From contig CM061255.1 in the NCBI GenBank assembly GCA_022605425.2, positions 496,001 to 560,000 on the forward strand: 64,000 bases of DNA, written 5' to 3'. The position numbers and the translations under genes were made by a program. The notes beneath the pieces were generated by a model, which was not told where the DNA came from, ran no database searches, and worked only from the letters and a program-made list of their open reading frames with translations. Shown here piece after piece: positions 1 to 14,876 of this stretch. The stretch comes from Hamiltosporidium tvaerminnensis FI-OER-3-3 (taxonomy: Eukaryota; Fungi; Microsporidia). Within the stretch, counting starts at the first letter, position 1. Each line of letters begins with the position of its first letter.

Positions 1-3000
1 AAAATTATCTAAATAACTTTAAATACATGTTATATAGTTGTTTTACGTATTTATTTCTGTTTTTTCACTTTCTTTTGCAATTGAAAGTTTTTTTCGGATT
101 TTTTTTGCTCTTTGTACGTTTTTCTAACAAACACGCACTTTAAATTTTTATTCTGCGAGACATGGTTTAATCTGCTTTATGTTAAGTAATTTAATTCGTT
201 CAATATAAAAGCTTATAAAGATTACAATGAAATAAAGATGATTTTATATATATTTCTGCGAAGTGTCTTTTTCGTAAGGTTTCATGTATTGTTTAAATAT
301 ATAATTGGTTTTACTCCAAAATATTTAAAAAATAAAAATAAGTACATTTTATTTCCTAAGAATAATCTATTGGTTAATTTCATACTCGATTTATAGTTGA
401 TTGAAAATAAAGATTTTGAATTTCAAATAGATATACATTATGTTTTTAAAGTATATATGCCTGCAATACACGTTTGATAGATGGGTTAGAAAATATTTTA
501 TCATAATTATGGATTTGTCAAAAGTATTTTAGGCCGCAACTAATTAACTAACACAAATTTGATATAGAGACCTTTCGGAAAATATTTCACATATGTTTCG
601 AAAAAAATTCAATTAATTTTTATGATTTACTATAAATTTATTTACTCTATAAAACTAACGTTTGGAAAATTACAATGATATGTAATTAATATACAATATT
701 TTAATACTTAAAAAAATTTATACATAATTTCTTTTAATGTATTGTTCCTGTGAATAAAACATGTTTATTTTATAATAAATTTCAATCTAATATATTTTTA
801 CAACTTTGCGACAATATTTTAATCTTAAAAAGGTTAATAAAAAATTATGTTAACCTATTAATATCAATCACATAAATAAATATGCCTTTTTAATAAATTT
901 TTCTGTTATATGTCATATTTTAAAAAGGCATAGTGCTTTATAAACACATTTTTGAAATAAAAATTGTTTAAACCGATTAAAATATAAAAATATAAACAAA
1001 CATAGCTCCGCTTGTTTCAATAAATAAAAATGTGTAAAAATTCTTATGTTTTTTCACAGGACAAAAAATATAATTCGCAAATCTTATATAGTTTATAAAG
1101 ATGTAAATCCTACAAATTTCTAAAAATCAGAGTTGACTGGTGAGTAATCTCAAGTTATATCAGGAGCGAAACTATAAATCCAATTAAATTATATTTTTGT
1201 GGATTATTGCAATCTAAACTCTGTTAAAATAAATATTTACGATTTATACCCTCAAGAAAAAAAAATTCATTAATTATTTCCATTCTCGTAGCAGATCCAA
1301 AATGTATTTAAAATGCTAAATAGTAAGTTTATTTTATATTTTAATTTATTACGTTTTAAATTTTTCACATCGGTTTCAATACCGTGATATATTTATACGC
1401 TAGTATTTAAATATAAACTGTAATTTTGGTATAGTAAGCTTTTATTTATTTTTTTGATTTATATGTATTAAATCTCTAATTATACTTCTTTGCCTACCTG
1501 TATTAAGATTAAATCATAGATTATAATTAAAGTATATAATTTAATATTATGGAAAAAAAACTTTAAACCCACAAACCAGCCTTCTTCTTAATCCTTTCGT
1601 GCTTTCAAGTCAAACTTAACTCCAATCTATCTGAATTTGGTTTAAACTTCCTGTCTTAATTTTTTTGTACTTGAAAAAAAGACTCAAGATTTTACAATGA
1701 ACATGAAAAAAAATTTCTCTTTGAAATATCAATTTTTTTAACTTTGTCTTATATAATTTTTTCATAGATGCATAAGTTCTAAAGCAATTATACATCAACA
1801 TTTTAACCCTTTATTAATATTTGAACATATTACAACTCAATATAATTTGTAAAACTACTGATTAAAATCTATATTTCTATGATTCCTATATAAACTTTTA
1901 CAAAAACCAAGCTTTAGTTATTTTGCTATGAAATATATAAATCGAAGATTTTTTGCATCAGATTAGATTCTTTATTATAAGTTTAAGAATCTTAAACATA
2001 TTGGAAATAATTTAAAATTGTGAATAATAATTGACAGCTAAAATAGCTATTTTTGATGAAAGTTAATTATTTGCTGCTTCTAGATAATATGAAGTATTTT
2101 CCATATATTGAATAGGATTGTTAACAAGCAGATATCTATCCCTATTTTTTCTTTCAAATTGTACAGAACTGTTTTTTGCTTTTTTATCATAATATACACC
2201 TCTTTTTACCTAAGACAAAACATAATCTACATAACAAATTTTGATTTAAAACTTTAACACCGAACTACTTAAAAATAAGTTTCTTTTAACATTTTACAAT
2301 TAAATTAAGCAATAATGTGTTATTGCTCTGATTTTTTAAATAAAAAATTTTAGAATTTAAATAAATATAATAGAAAAAATATTTTATAGTGTAAATATTA
2401 TACAGTGATAATTTTTATGGTTCATAAATATATTGAAAATAATCTTCATTAGTTCGTTTTATACTAAAATATGATTTTAAAAAATAATTTAGAATTTTTC
2501 TTTATTTAGTATTGAATTTGATTTATATTTCTTTTTGTTTGTTTTAAAATCATTTGTTTAATATTAATTTAGGAATTTTAAAAAAGGATGTAATTATTTG
2601 TATGTATTGTTATAGATAACCTATATTAGGCAATATTTTCATATTATTAGAATCTTCTGTGTATTTTTTATAAATATAATTCAATGTTTTCATGTGTTGT
2701 ATTATTTTTGGATTTTTTTGATAGAATGAAATTTCTTATAGTTTCGTTTTTTTCCTTCATCCAGCTATAGAACATGAAAAACTCGAATCGTTTATAAATT
2801 GGCATTAAATAATTGTATTAAACTTTTATTGCCTTATATTATGAAAAGAAAATTAAAACTAAAACTCGTGAATTGTAATGTAACAACAAAATTTTACTTT
2901 TACAGATATAGATCTAAAATTGTACAAGAAAAATAGTTATTTAAATTGTTTCATATTTAAATTTTAATCAAATGCAATAAGTTTATAAATAATTTGAACT

Positions 3001-5903
3001 ACAATTTTCAACGATAAAAATAGATTGTTAAAAAAAATTAAGCGTTTGTTTTATCTAAAAATTTTTATATGATATGACTATGAGTTCATTGAAAATACTT
3101 TTGTAAAATTAAAGATTTTTTTTGATTTTCGATATGATCTCAGATGAATATGTGAAAATATTTTAAAACAAGTGTAAATTTAAAGATAGATTAAATCTGT
3201 ATTTTTTTTTTCACAATATTAATTTTAGCTATAATCTTCGAATATATGTAAAATAGCTACGAATTTATATGAATCATAGATTATTTGTGTTAAAACAAAT
3301 TTTTGAAGTATACATATATTTTTTTCGATAACTATAACACCTTATATATTCAAGCCTATGAAATAATTTTCTATAATATTTTTCGGTTAAATGACCTAAT
3401 TTTTACTATATTTTATATTTGGTTACAGCTTTGAAACAATAAGCACCAGAAAAACCTGAGAAAAATTTGAATAAAAAAAATTGGAAATTAATAGGAAGAG
3501 ATCAGATAATGGTTTTTAATATTTTTATTTACAATTCTGGAAATGGTATACGATTATTATTGAATTATGACTCTCTGGAAAGTATTTATTTCCTAATTTT
3601 ATCAAATTTGTCCGCAGTTTCTTAAATTTAAACATATTTTAGACATATTAAATAAATAGAATCTAAGTATAAATAAGAATGAATCCAAATTTATTGTCTG
3701 AGCATTTAAGTTTAACATAAAAATTGATTTCATGACGCTTATTTATGTATTTGTTTTTGCTAATACATCTATTATGTGAATACAACTATAAATACTCTAA
3801 AATCTTAACTCATACGTTTGTATTCGTTCTTTTTTTTTCTTTAAAAAATAATTTTCTATTTCATAAGAAATAATATTCTGTATTGATCTATCAAATATAA
3901 AGAGTATTTTATGCAAAAACATATAATATATTTGATATTGAAAAAATAGCCATTTTCTTAAGTTTAAATCAAATATTGATTTTTGATTGATCAAACATCT
4001 CATGTCTTATAAAACACATAAATAAAGATTTCTGAATGTGTTATTAGAGATATGTTGCGCTTATTCTTACTTTCACTTTTTTAAAGCTTTTAAATTGAAT
4101 ATAATTTTGATTTATTTGATACAAAACTTAGAAACAATTTTTTTATAAATTTGTCATTTTTTTGAAAAGGTAAAAAGTTTACTAAGAAACTATAAATAGA
4201 AATAGAAATAAAAGTTAAGGAAAAATTCTTATAAAAAATATATTTATTGAAATAATTTTCAAAGTAGAACAGAGTCATTGGTAAAAGAAGTATGAAATTA
4301 TTGGTGCTTTTAGATATAAATAATAATTCAGAACTAGTTCAATTTTCAGGGAATAGAAGTATAAGTCAAGATAAAAACATAGCTTAATATAACAAATTAG
4401 TGTGAAAGCGTCTTCGTATTTTCTAGGCATTCTTATAAGTCATCATTAGTAAAATTTATAGTTGTATATATGCTTAGTATTTTGTATTATGTCCATTATA
4501 TCATCTCTTTGTCGCTTATACATTTATTATGGATTTATAAATTTCACAAAGTTATATTTGTTCTAGGTTTATTTTAGAGAATGCAGAGGTTACTAGTATA
4601 ATAATCTAAATCTTTCAAATGTATTGCTTAATCTTGGTATTTTCGTATTAAAATAAAGTTTAAAAGGTATCATTTTTCTTAGATTTGTTCTTTTGCACAC
4701 CATTTGACATATTTCTTATAGATTAAGCATTATGTACAATTTTATTCTATTTTAAAAATATTTTATAGCTTACTATAATCCTTTTATCTATCGTATGGCA
4801 TATTTTGAAATTCTTTTTTGTTCTAATATATTCATTCCAGATAGAACATACAAATTTATCTATCAAAGTCTTTACAAATTTTCATTTTTATTTGTTTCGT
4901 TTCTTTAGTTAAAATTTCGGCTTTAAATGTTATCAATATTTTTATCTTTCGCTTAAAGTCTTATTCTTTTTTATTTTGAATCATAAATTTCGTATATGAC
5001 AAGAAATTTCATTTTTCTTTGTTATTTCTGATCAAGATTTCTTTGGCGGGGAGGGGAGTTGATTTTTGTTTCGAAATTCTTCTTTTGAAGTTTCTTTTTT
5101 TCTATAGTTTAAAAACATCATAAGTTCTAACTTCTAACTTTATGAATTTTGTTTCTATATTCTTCGAATTTTATTTCCTACATTACATTTTTTTTCTATT
5201 TCTGACAGTGCACAATAATAATCACTTATTTGAGCACAATGTCTATTCGATTCGCAAGATACACTCTATCTTAACCATACGACTGAATCTTTCGATTTCA
5301 CACCATCACTCGATTTTCATTTCTACTTCGAATAGAAAACATAATTTCTGTTGTTCTGCACAAATATCCTACTTTCATTTTCTTCTCTTACTTCGGTTCC
5401 GATGAGTTTTCATTAAAAATAAACCCCCCCTCCCCACATTTATCTTTTATTTCTCTATAAAATTTTTTATACCGATGCACAGATCTATCTAATAAGCATC
5501 AGTTCCATTTTTCTATTCTGCTATTTCAGAAGAAAATATTGCTTCTGAATTTTTCATAATTTCTGGGTTTTTTCGCTCTATAAATACTTTTTTTTTGAAC
5601 AAATTTGTTTCCGGATTAGGAAAATTTGTTTATTCAGACTATTCTATGATATTCTTAGATCTATTTATGGAAGGTGATATCAATTAAAAAATGTCTTTAA
5701 TGAAATTGTTTATGAATTGTATTGTTCTAGATTAAAATTACTTATTCTCTTAATAAATTGGTACAAAATTTGGAAATAGAACTGATTCTACACAAAGTTT
5801 AATTTTAAGTTTATAAATGTTTATAATGTAGAAAGCAACTTTTATAAAAGAAATTTTAATTTGGTTTTAATTTGATTAATTAAATTTTATGAGGCCAATA
5901 ATT

Positions 5904-6606
5904 GTGGAGGGAGGATAACCACATAAAAAATCATCTTTTTGGCAATGATTCTGTGAAATTGGCATGAAGATCATTGTTTAGATTTTTGGTGGGAATAAAA
6001 CTACAATAGATCACCCGTCATCCATAGAATTTGTATGAGAAGGTCTATGAATAGCGGAACTTTTTCTAAAATTTATTTTCTTTTTTTTATGCTACTAGAT
6101 CGAATACCGCAGTTGAACTTATAGATAATTCCCATTTAAAAGCATGGAAACCTAGCTTTACTCGCTAGGGTTTGAAGACTTTGCGCCTGAGAAAAAATAA
6201 AACCCTTTAAATCCAGGAAAATCAAGTAACAGCTTATATAGGTTGCTATGTCATAGTACTGTCTATATAAAGCCTTGTAAGTCGCAGAAATATATATTAG
6301 CTTGAAGTTTATGAGGTTTGAAAGTGTGGAATAAGTTGAAATGCTACATAGTCTTATGGACACATAGAAGGTTTTTACTTGTGATCATACTCCATGCAAC
6401 GGACACCAACGTATTAGGGTAACTGGATCCCTTGTTAGTTAAGTTCTACACACCTGTTAGATGAGGGGCCTTAGGATGTAGGTATCCGAGGGGTCCCAAT
6501 GATTGTATAGTGCTGTTATTTATGATAAACCTAGAACTGTGTTAACGTCATGAAAATAATATTACACTTGCCACTGTTTTTACAGATATGATATTTTTAA
6601 ATTAAA
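5904..6606 (+). mobile_element. ~730-nt non-coding SINE-like repeat, diverged copy A
   Basis: Starts GTGGAGGGAGGATAACCACATAAAAA and ends ...ACACTTGCCACTGTTTT...ATATTTTTAA. Colinear with the copies at 14148, 27927 and 45091 but more diverged. No clear TSD. Confidence 0.85.
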
Positions 6607-7479
6607 AAAAATTTTCAATTATTGCCGCGTTAAATTCTTCTAAATATTGATTTTAAAAAATTAGAACTTTTGATTTGTCAAGTATTTCTATTTAATATGT
6701 AGTTCGATCCACGTCTAAGGTTCATTTTAAGTTCCTAGTGTTTTATTAATCCTTAATGGCATCATATATATCCTAAGTTTTCCATTCTGTCTTTTAGATT
6801 GTAATGTTTGGAATACCCAATAAATTTCATAACTGTAATTTTAGTGGTATTGGTACCTCTATGTTCATTTAATTCATTTATGCTATAATCTATTATGTTA
6901 TTTTGCTTAGTTGGCCTGCCAAATATGATATATCATAATAAACGAAGATAATCTTTCAACAGAGTTACTTGAATCTTTGAATCGAATCTAGTCTTCTTTC
7001 GAATATATTTATTAGCTTCGAATGCATCACTCGAATATATTTAAATATGCTTTAAAATTTCATGTTTTTATTATTTAAAGATATTCATAAACTAAGATTT
7101 ATAAAATTAAAAGGAAAAATTCTGAGAATAAATATACTCTGTTTTTTAATTTTAACTTTATAAATTAAGATCGATGAAAGTAATTGGGAAATTTAAGAAA
7201 ATTTTTGATAATCTAAAATAATTTCTTACAGGTCTAAGTAAAAATAAATACAGCTACAATTTTCAAGTTACTTTGAAAAATGAAAGCAATTTAGCAATGT
7301 ACATCTGATATGATTGCCGCTAGTACTACCAACAATCGTTTTAGATATGTCGCTTGTAACATCTGGCACTTTAACAAGTTGAATATTTTTTTCAGTCTTT
7401 CTTTATTTAGTTAAAATTGTTTTTCTAAAAAATCAAATACACAAAACAATTTAACGGATCTAAGTTATATTAAGCTTCG

Positions 7480-9200
7480 TTTAGGAAAAGTCAAATAGAG
7501 TGTGCTTATACAAATGTCAAAATACACAAATTCTCACATAAAGCTATACTTGAAGTTAATAGAAATGTTAAAGCATCCAAAAGCAAGTTATTATGATAAA
7601 AAAACTCTGAGGATCATTAGCGTTTACGCATGTTTGACATATTATATATTTAGAGAAGGAATGGTTGATTATTCTTTTGAAGTAGGGTAAAAAGCAGATT
7701 GATTTTTATGTACATCAGGAATTTATATTTCATATTTTACATGATACACATTTTTTGATTTGGCACATTGTAGAAACCATATGGATTAATAGCTAAATTC
7801 ACAGTATAAAAACATCAGAATAGAAATGATAGTAGCTTATCTAATTTATGAATGCCGGACGAAAAAAACACAATGTAACAAAAAAGGATTATTCTAAAAC
7901 ATATACTAAGTAACAACATAAATTCGAGATTTCACGTCGAAAAATCAACATGGTCTCGATCTTATGATCCAAAGAAATTCATACTTGTATGTCAAGAGCA
8001 TTAAACCCAATGAATGCAGGTTCGATTGTAAAACACAAAAGAGCTGAAAAATTGGCTTATTTGCTCATAAATATTCTTACTATTTCTGGTGAGCCTACTA
8101 TTTCGCAAAGTGATAATGGCAGGAAAACAGTAAACAATAAACTAAATAAGTATGCACCATTTGGCCAAAGTCAAAGATGGTGCATAGAATACCTAGACAC
8201 TCTCAGAGTCAGTTTTCCGTGGAACGTGCGAATCTATTGTTGAGGATATGCATTCATTATGATTGGATTACGATAACACAGAAAATGGTCAGAAGAGTTA
8301 CTTTTTGTTTATATTATGAAAACCTTGTCTTATCATAAGGGCCACAAGAAAAAACGCATGAAGCAATGAATGAAACAATGTTAAAAAAATTTCGTAAAGG
8401 TTTTCTACCTATAGACGTTTTGCCTTATATAAATTGTAAAAGACTTAGAAACAATATTAAAAGACTAAGAAAATTTACAATATGTAGAAGAGGCTACATC
8501 ATTGAATGAGGTAGCCGATCTAACAAAGATTCGAATAATATAGAGAATGCATATTCGTTTGATAATATGTTCCGACTTTAACTTCCTTATTATAACCAAA
8601 TTCTGATTTTCCTTAAATAGAAAGAAAGATAAACATTTCAGCGCTATTTGATCTTTCGGCCAGTGAAAAAGAAAAAAGGTAGAATGAAGATTATGATGTT
8701 CTGGAGAATTTCGATTTGAAAAAAATAGTATCGAACATATTAAAAAAACAGAGAGATTTCAATAAGCAATCTAAAATAACAAGCCGAAAATGCTTCGATA
8801 TTCTAATTCGAAACATTCGTTTTCCAATAAAAGAAAAACTATAAGACTTCGAGTCAAAAATGTTGACAGAAGTCGCGCCGATAGAAGAAACATTCTGGCA
8901 TTTCTTCTTATGACAACAGATGCTAATTTCCATAAATTAGGCAGGAAACATGGGGGTTTAAATCAATTTTATTGATAAACTAATTTAAAATATGCAATAA
9001 AAAGTTGATTTCTGCAGAATAAATCTCTAGATCTGAGATTTCACTAAAGGAATGTGCCAGAATGTCATCCAAGATCTAAGTCTAGGATTATAATCACGCG
9101 GCTGCAAACTTTGATGCATATCGAACAAAAGCAAGTTTCATAAAAAAAGGGGCTTTGTAACTTGAAATGTCACCAAAATGTAGGCTGCTCTAATATATAA
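7480..9200 (+). mobile_element. Decayed Ginger2/KRBA2-like integrase (DNA transposon relic)
   Basis: Broken frames give HILHDTH..IWH (HHCC zinc region), SQSDNGRK (cf. LQSDNGREF), MVHRIPRHSQSQFSVERAN (cf. HGKPRHSQSQGSVERAN), DRSRADRRNILA, and a Cys-rich C-terminus (CNLKCH..GCSN). Many stops and frameshifts; boundaries approximate. Confidence 0.75.
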
Positions 9201-9730
9201 GAACGCTTGTGAATGCACATATTTTATAAATGTACATGTTATTCTCGTTTATGTGCTTTTATCCTGAAATTCTTTAATTCAATAATTTTTCTTCTTATTT
9301 TGGCATTTTATACAATATTTAGAAAAAAATTCTCAAATTACCTGTAACATTTTTTATAATTTTTAATCAAATATTATTTAAAATTGACACAAATAAATAT
9401 TTTCTATAAAATATTTATTCTTTAAATTTTTATATTATTCAACACAGTGAATAATTTTAATATGATATACACGTATTTATCAAATAGTTTTCTAAATGGC
9501 GATTAAAATAATAATTTTTAAGAAATTAAATTTAGAAAGGTACTTTTAAATGAAAATTAAATTTATCAAAATATTTAAATAGGCAACCACACATTCTTAT
9601 AATATTAATTTAATGCTTGAAAGACATTAAATTTATTCTTTAGGCTTTTGAAAATATATAAGATAGTTTAAACGTTCAAAAAAAAATATTTTACTTAAAA
9701 TTGTTTCTTTTAGGTATCATAAAAAATCCG

Positions 9731-10666
9731 GAGTAGTGTTCTGCTATATCAAGGATAGAAATGATTTATAGGGGGCAGAAGGTATGTGTCAACACTGCAA
9801 CCAGTCTTTAAAAACAGAAGACCAGGTAGCAACGAAATGTGAAAAAATGCTAGGCCATGACTACACCAGACGGCATAATGAAGTGGTTAGATGCCTACAC
9901 TTACTTCTCTTAAATAGATATAACTTCAAGTCTTCAAAACGAATTAGGAGTCACTCAGTTCAAGAAATTCTTGATAATGAGTATGCAGAGATAAGAGTGG
10001 ACACCAGAATTAAAACTGATGTTAAAATTCGGAATACCAGACCGGACATATTTATTTTAGATAAGAAGAAGAATAAGATAACACTCATTGAAGTAGGAAT
10101 CACTTCCCAAGATTCACTTCAAATAGTTGAAACTGAAAAACTTAGGAAGTATGACCTGCTAGCCAATGAGTTGGGCCTTATTTATAAGTGTAGTGTTGAG
10201 ATAATCCCTTATGTGATGACCTAGGACGGTATTGTGACAAAATACCATAAATCTCAGCTTAAAAGACTAGAAATACCCATGAATGTAGAAGCATACATTC
10301 AGTCTATACTACTTAAGAAGACACTCGAAACAATTTCCTTTGATCGACGAATGGGACTTGAGTCAGGACTAAATGCCGAAGAGAGCTGGGAGAGAGCGTC
10401 AATGGGTGTTATTATGAGATCAGAGATGCATGAGGAACCAATACCCCCTTTAAAAGAAGCGAAAACAGAGGAAGATGGTGCCAAAAATTTTAAACCAAAA
10501 TATAAAGCCCCCTTTATTTTACAAGGAGGAACCACTTTAGAGGAACCGACCAATAACATAAATGAAGAGTCGGATTTGGAAGAAGAGACAAAAGTGGTCA
10601 AAGAGGTAGAAGAAAACATATAAAAATGGTAAAAATATTTAACCCAGAATTTTATTAAATAAATAA
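9731..10666 (+). mobile_element. 5'-truncated R4-type non-LTR retrotransposon (zinc knuckle + RLE), premature stop
   Basis: ORFs 9784-10224 and 10234-10623 are one frame split by TGG>TAG at 10222. RHNEV, RPDIF, IEVGIT and EKLRKY motifs present. Family 3' tail AACCCAGAATTTTATTAAATAAATAA. Confidence 0.92.
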
Positions 10667-11529
10667 AAAATAATAAAATATTTAAAAAATATTAAAAAAA
10701 TTAAGGGTAAAAAAATAAGAGTGGAGAGAAGGGAAGAATGTAAAAATAAATTAATAAAACAATTACTATTGTTTAATAACGGAACATCTACAAGTATATT
10801 AGAATAACAATTAGAAAGGTTAAAATTAGGAAAAAAAAATATACTTTTATATTTCTACTATTCACTTTAATAGAATTAAGTTTTTAACAAAAAAAATATT
10901 CTTTTGAAAATTTATTGAATTTAGAATGTAAAGAAGTTTAAAGCAATAAATTTTACGATTTATACGTTTTAAAAACTATATTTTTAAGAAAATAATATTT
11001 GGTGAGAAAAGAATATTTGGTAAGAAAATAATTCTTTAGTTATAAAATAATACTTTAGTAATAAAAGAATATTTGGTAAGAGGTAGTGTAGATTCTGATA
11101 AATAAATTAGAAGACCTACTTTATTTGTGATGAGGTTAAATATTTATAAGAATAGTTAAAAATGTAAAAATAGGTGGGAATAAAACTATAATATGGAATG
11201 GTTAATCCAAATGCTTTTTATCGATGTATTTTCTTTAGATAAACCTTGGAAAACTGTTTTTAATGAATTTAATTTCTGTAAAATAAATTTGAAAATTTGT
11301 GGTTCGAACTCGAAAATTTACCATTTAATTGGTAATATAATGGTTAAGATGTTATTATAATATTTAGTGGATAATATATTATTGTGTTATAGTGAGAAAC
11401 AATAAGCTTCAGCTGTATAAATTTTAATGGTTGTTCCGTTCGAATACCGTTGTTATTTTATATGACTTTAATGTATTTGATCTTACAAAATTCTAATTTG
11501 TATTTTAAATTTATATTCTAATTTAGATT

Positions 11530-12350
11530 GGAATTATTTAATAAAATTCTGGGTTAAAATATTTTTTACCATTTTTACATGTTTTCTTCTACCTCTTTGA
11601 CCACTTTTGTCTCTTCTTCCAAATCCGACTCTTCATTTATGTTATTGGTCGGTTCCTCTAAAGTGGTTCCTCCTTGTAAAATAAAGGGGGCTTTATATTT
11701 TGGTTTAAAATTTTTGGCACCATCTTCCTCTGTTTTCGCTTCTTTTAAAGGGGGTATTGGTTCCTCATGCATCTCTGATCTCATAATAACACCCATTGAC
11801 GCTCTCTCCCAGCTCTCTTCGGCATTTAGTCCTGACTCAAGTCCCATTCGTCGATCAAAGGAAATTGTTTCGAGTGTCTTCTTAAGTAGTATAGACTGAA
11901 TGTATGCTTCTACATTCATGGGTATTTCTAGTCTTTTAAGATGAGATTTATGGTATTTTGTCACAATACCGTCCCAGGTCATCACATAAGGGATTATCTC
12001 AACACTACACTTATAAATAAGGCCCAACTCATTGGCTAGCAGGTCATACTTCCTAAGTTTTTCAGTTTCAACTATTTGAAGTGAATCTTGGGAAGTGATT
12101 CCTACTTCAATGAGTGTTATCTTATTCTTCTTCTTATCTAAAATAAATATGTCCGGTCTGGTATTCCGAATTTTAACATCAGTTTTAATTCTGGTGTCCA
12201 CTCTTATCTCTGCATACTCATTATCAAGAATTTCTTGAACTGAGTGGCTCCTTATTCGTTTTGAAGACTTAAACTTATATCTATTTAGAAGGAGAAGGTG
12301 TAGGCATCTAACCACTTCATTATGCCGTCTTGTGTAGTCATGGCCTAGCA
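11530..12350 (-). mobile_element. 5'-truncated R4-type non-LTR retrotransposon (RLE part)
   Basis: ORF matches the C-terminus of the 1253-aa element. 12-bp TSD CTAATTTAGATT at 11518-11529 and 12351-12362. Confidence 0.95.
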
Positions 12351-14147
12351 CTAATTTAGATTTATATTTATATTTTTAATTTTTATTTTTAATTTGTATT
12401 TACCGTGTATCAGGAAATTCAAGTGAAAGATAATTACAAAAATATAAACACAAATCAGATTAGAATAGAAATTATATGAAAATAGTTTATATACAACACG
12501 AACTATTACCATATATTTTAATATCGGTTATCTTACAGTTCTTCATGAAATTTTTATGTTATTGTGAAAGTTATATGTTTAAAATGACTATTTATGGTGG
12601 TTTTTTAACGCTTTTATATATTATTTTAGAAGAAAAATTCTTAAAATATTAAAAATTGAATTTTTACATTCTATAATATAAAAGTTGATGAACATATTTT
12701 AAATAAAAACTGTTGTTCTGAGTAAATTTATGAATGACATTATTAGAGTTCAATTTTTAAGGATATGTGTTTATGATTCACTAAATGTCTTTATGAACTG
12801 TAAATTGGAAAATGTATATAACTATAAAGAAGGAATAATTTATGTTTAAAAATAGCTTTTTATATTATAAATTATTATACATTTTTATAAAATACATTTA
12901 AATAAGAGTTTTTTTTGGAATCGATACTGTTAGTTTTTTTAAGAACGAAAATTTTATAAATTTCAATTAATTTCCTAAAAAAACATAAATTTACCGTTAT
13001 TTTTTATATGTTTTTCATGGAATTACAGTATAAAAAGATTATAAATATATAAATTAACACAATGCACTAGAAGTGAGTCATATAATTACATAAATACAGC
13101 CATTTAAACTCTTCGTAATAAGGATAGAGCTACTCTAATTTATTGGTAGGAAATATTAATTTATCTTAAACTTAAAGTTATTTGGTAAAAAAAATAAAAG
13201 TTTTAAATTACTACTTAAATAATACAAGAATTATGAAACATTTTAGGTGATTAAACTTCTTTTAATCAATAGAAGATATCTAAATAAAAAAATCTAGGAT
13301 TTATATCAAGATATTAAATTATTTGGTTTTATTTTGATTTAAAAAAAGTGTAAACGGAGTTAAAACTCAATAAATCAAAATGAACAAACATCACCGGTTA
13401 ACACCATTTAAATACAACTTAACGATTTCTATTATTATAAAATCACCGGGAATTTAAGTAACTCAAGATGCTTTGTATAAATAAAATTCACTTTTTGTTA
13501 TTTTTTAACATAATCTATATTTCACCAAATATAGAGGTCTTAAAAGACTTATATAGTTGGTTCTTTGAAAGAGAAAGATATCTTTGCATCTCTTAAATCT
13601 TTTAAAAATAAATAAAAAAAATACAATTATTCATTAACTTACTTTTTAAGTTAAAAGAGTTAAATTCGGATTTTTATTATAAAATTTCGAATAGATTTCA
13701 CTGGTTTCTTTTTCCTTGTATAAAATACATTTAATATTTGCATTATATGTTTTATAAATCCGTGATTTTTATATTTCGTCATAAATCTATATATTCCTCA
13801 TATAAAATTTTATATTATAGAAATCATAGAAAAAATATATTTTTCTTAAATTTAATTGGAAATAAACTATAACTACCTATAGTTGAAACCTAAGAATACT
13901 TGTACAATACTTCTTAACAATTTGATTATAATTATACGTTATGTCAATACTTCATTCATATCAAAGGAATTTAATACTTAAAAAAACATCTTCTAAATAT
14001 ATTGAATTTATGACCATAAAATATTTATAAATCATCTATACATAAAAAAAATGTAATCTAAGCATTACAAGATAGACATTCATATAGAAAATGCAAATAT
14101 AAAGTAAATAATGTCTTAAAATAAATATTTTTATATGTACCATTACA

Positions 14148-14876
14148 AGTGGAGAGAGGATAACCACATAAAAACTTTCTGCTTGGCAATGAGTGTGTGA
14201 AACTGGTGTGAGATCATTGTTTGGATTTTTGGTGGGAATAAAACCACACTACATCTTCGGTTGTTCCATGGGATTTGTTATGAAGAGGAGAGGTCTAAGA
14301 AATGGAGAAACTTTTTCTACAAATTTATTTGTAGTTTTTTATGTAACCAGATTGCCGACTGCAGCTAAACATGTAGGTAATTGCCATGTAAAAGCATGGA
14401 AACCTAGCCTTGCTCACTCGCGTTAGAAGACTTAGCGCCTGGGAGATATAAAAATAAACCTCATTTAAACCCAGGAAAGCTAAGTAGCAGGTTATACCTG
14501 TTGGTATGACATTGCACTGTCTAGGTGGACCCCATGTAAATCTCTGAAATATATCTTAGCCAGAAGTTTATTGGGTTCAGAAAGTGTAGAGTAAGTGGGA
14601 ATGCTGCATAGTCTTAGGCGAGCCCAGGGGGGGCTTCAGCCTTCGATCACACTCCATGCAACGGAACATAACGGAACCCAGGCAAATGCCTCGCGTAGAA
14701 ATTAGGTTTTACGCACCTGGTAGATGAAAGGCTTTGGGACGTAGGTATCGCAGGGGTTACTGATGGAGTTTTGGAGTAGCAGTTATTTATGTTAAACCTA
14801 GAACTGCGTTAATGTCATGAAAACAAATATAACACTTGCCACTGTTTTAAAAAAGATGTGATACTTTTAAATAAAG
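14148..14876 (+). mobile_element. ~730-nt non-coding SINE-like repeat, copy B
   Basis: Full-length copy. 14-bp TSD TATGTACCATTACA at 14134-14147 and 14877-14890. Confidence 0.92.

Noticed and set aside
1-5800. Coding-like AT-rich stretches and short ORFs (1616, 3797, 4090, 5142)
   Set aside because: No recognisable motifs. They may be decayed genes or TEs but cannot be supported.
10299-10619. Recurring 106-aa and other antisense ORFs (11579, 35244, 49787, 50834, 51554, 52771-53240, 60435)
   Set aside because: Shadow frames opposite the LINE ORF.
14193-14426. 77-aa ORF also seen at 27973-28206
   Set aside because: GTG start, lies inside the repeat, and is frameshifted in the other copies. 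It reflects repeat identity, not coding.
14149-14590. HDV-like ribozyme at the 5' end of the 730-nt repeat (GUGGA/UCCAU P1, ACA-UCUUCGGU-UGU P3/L3, GG)
   Set aside because: P1 is only 5 bp, there is no convincing P2 or J4/2, and P3 is broken in copies A, D and F. It would need a cleavage assay.
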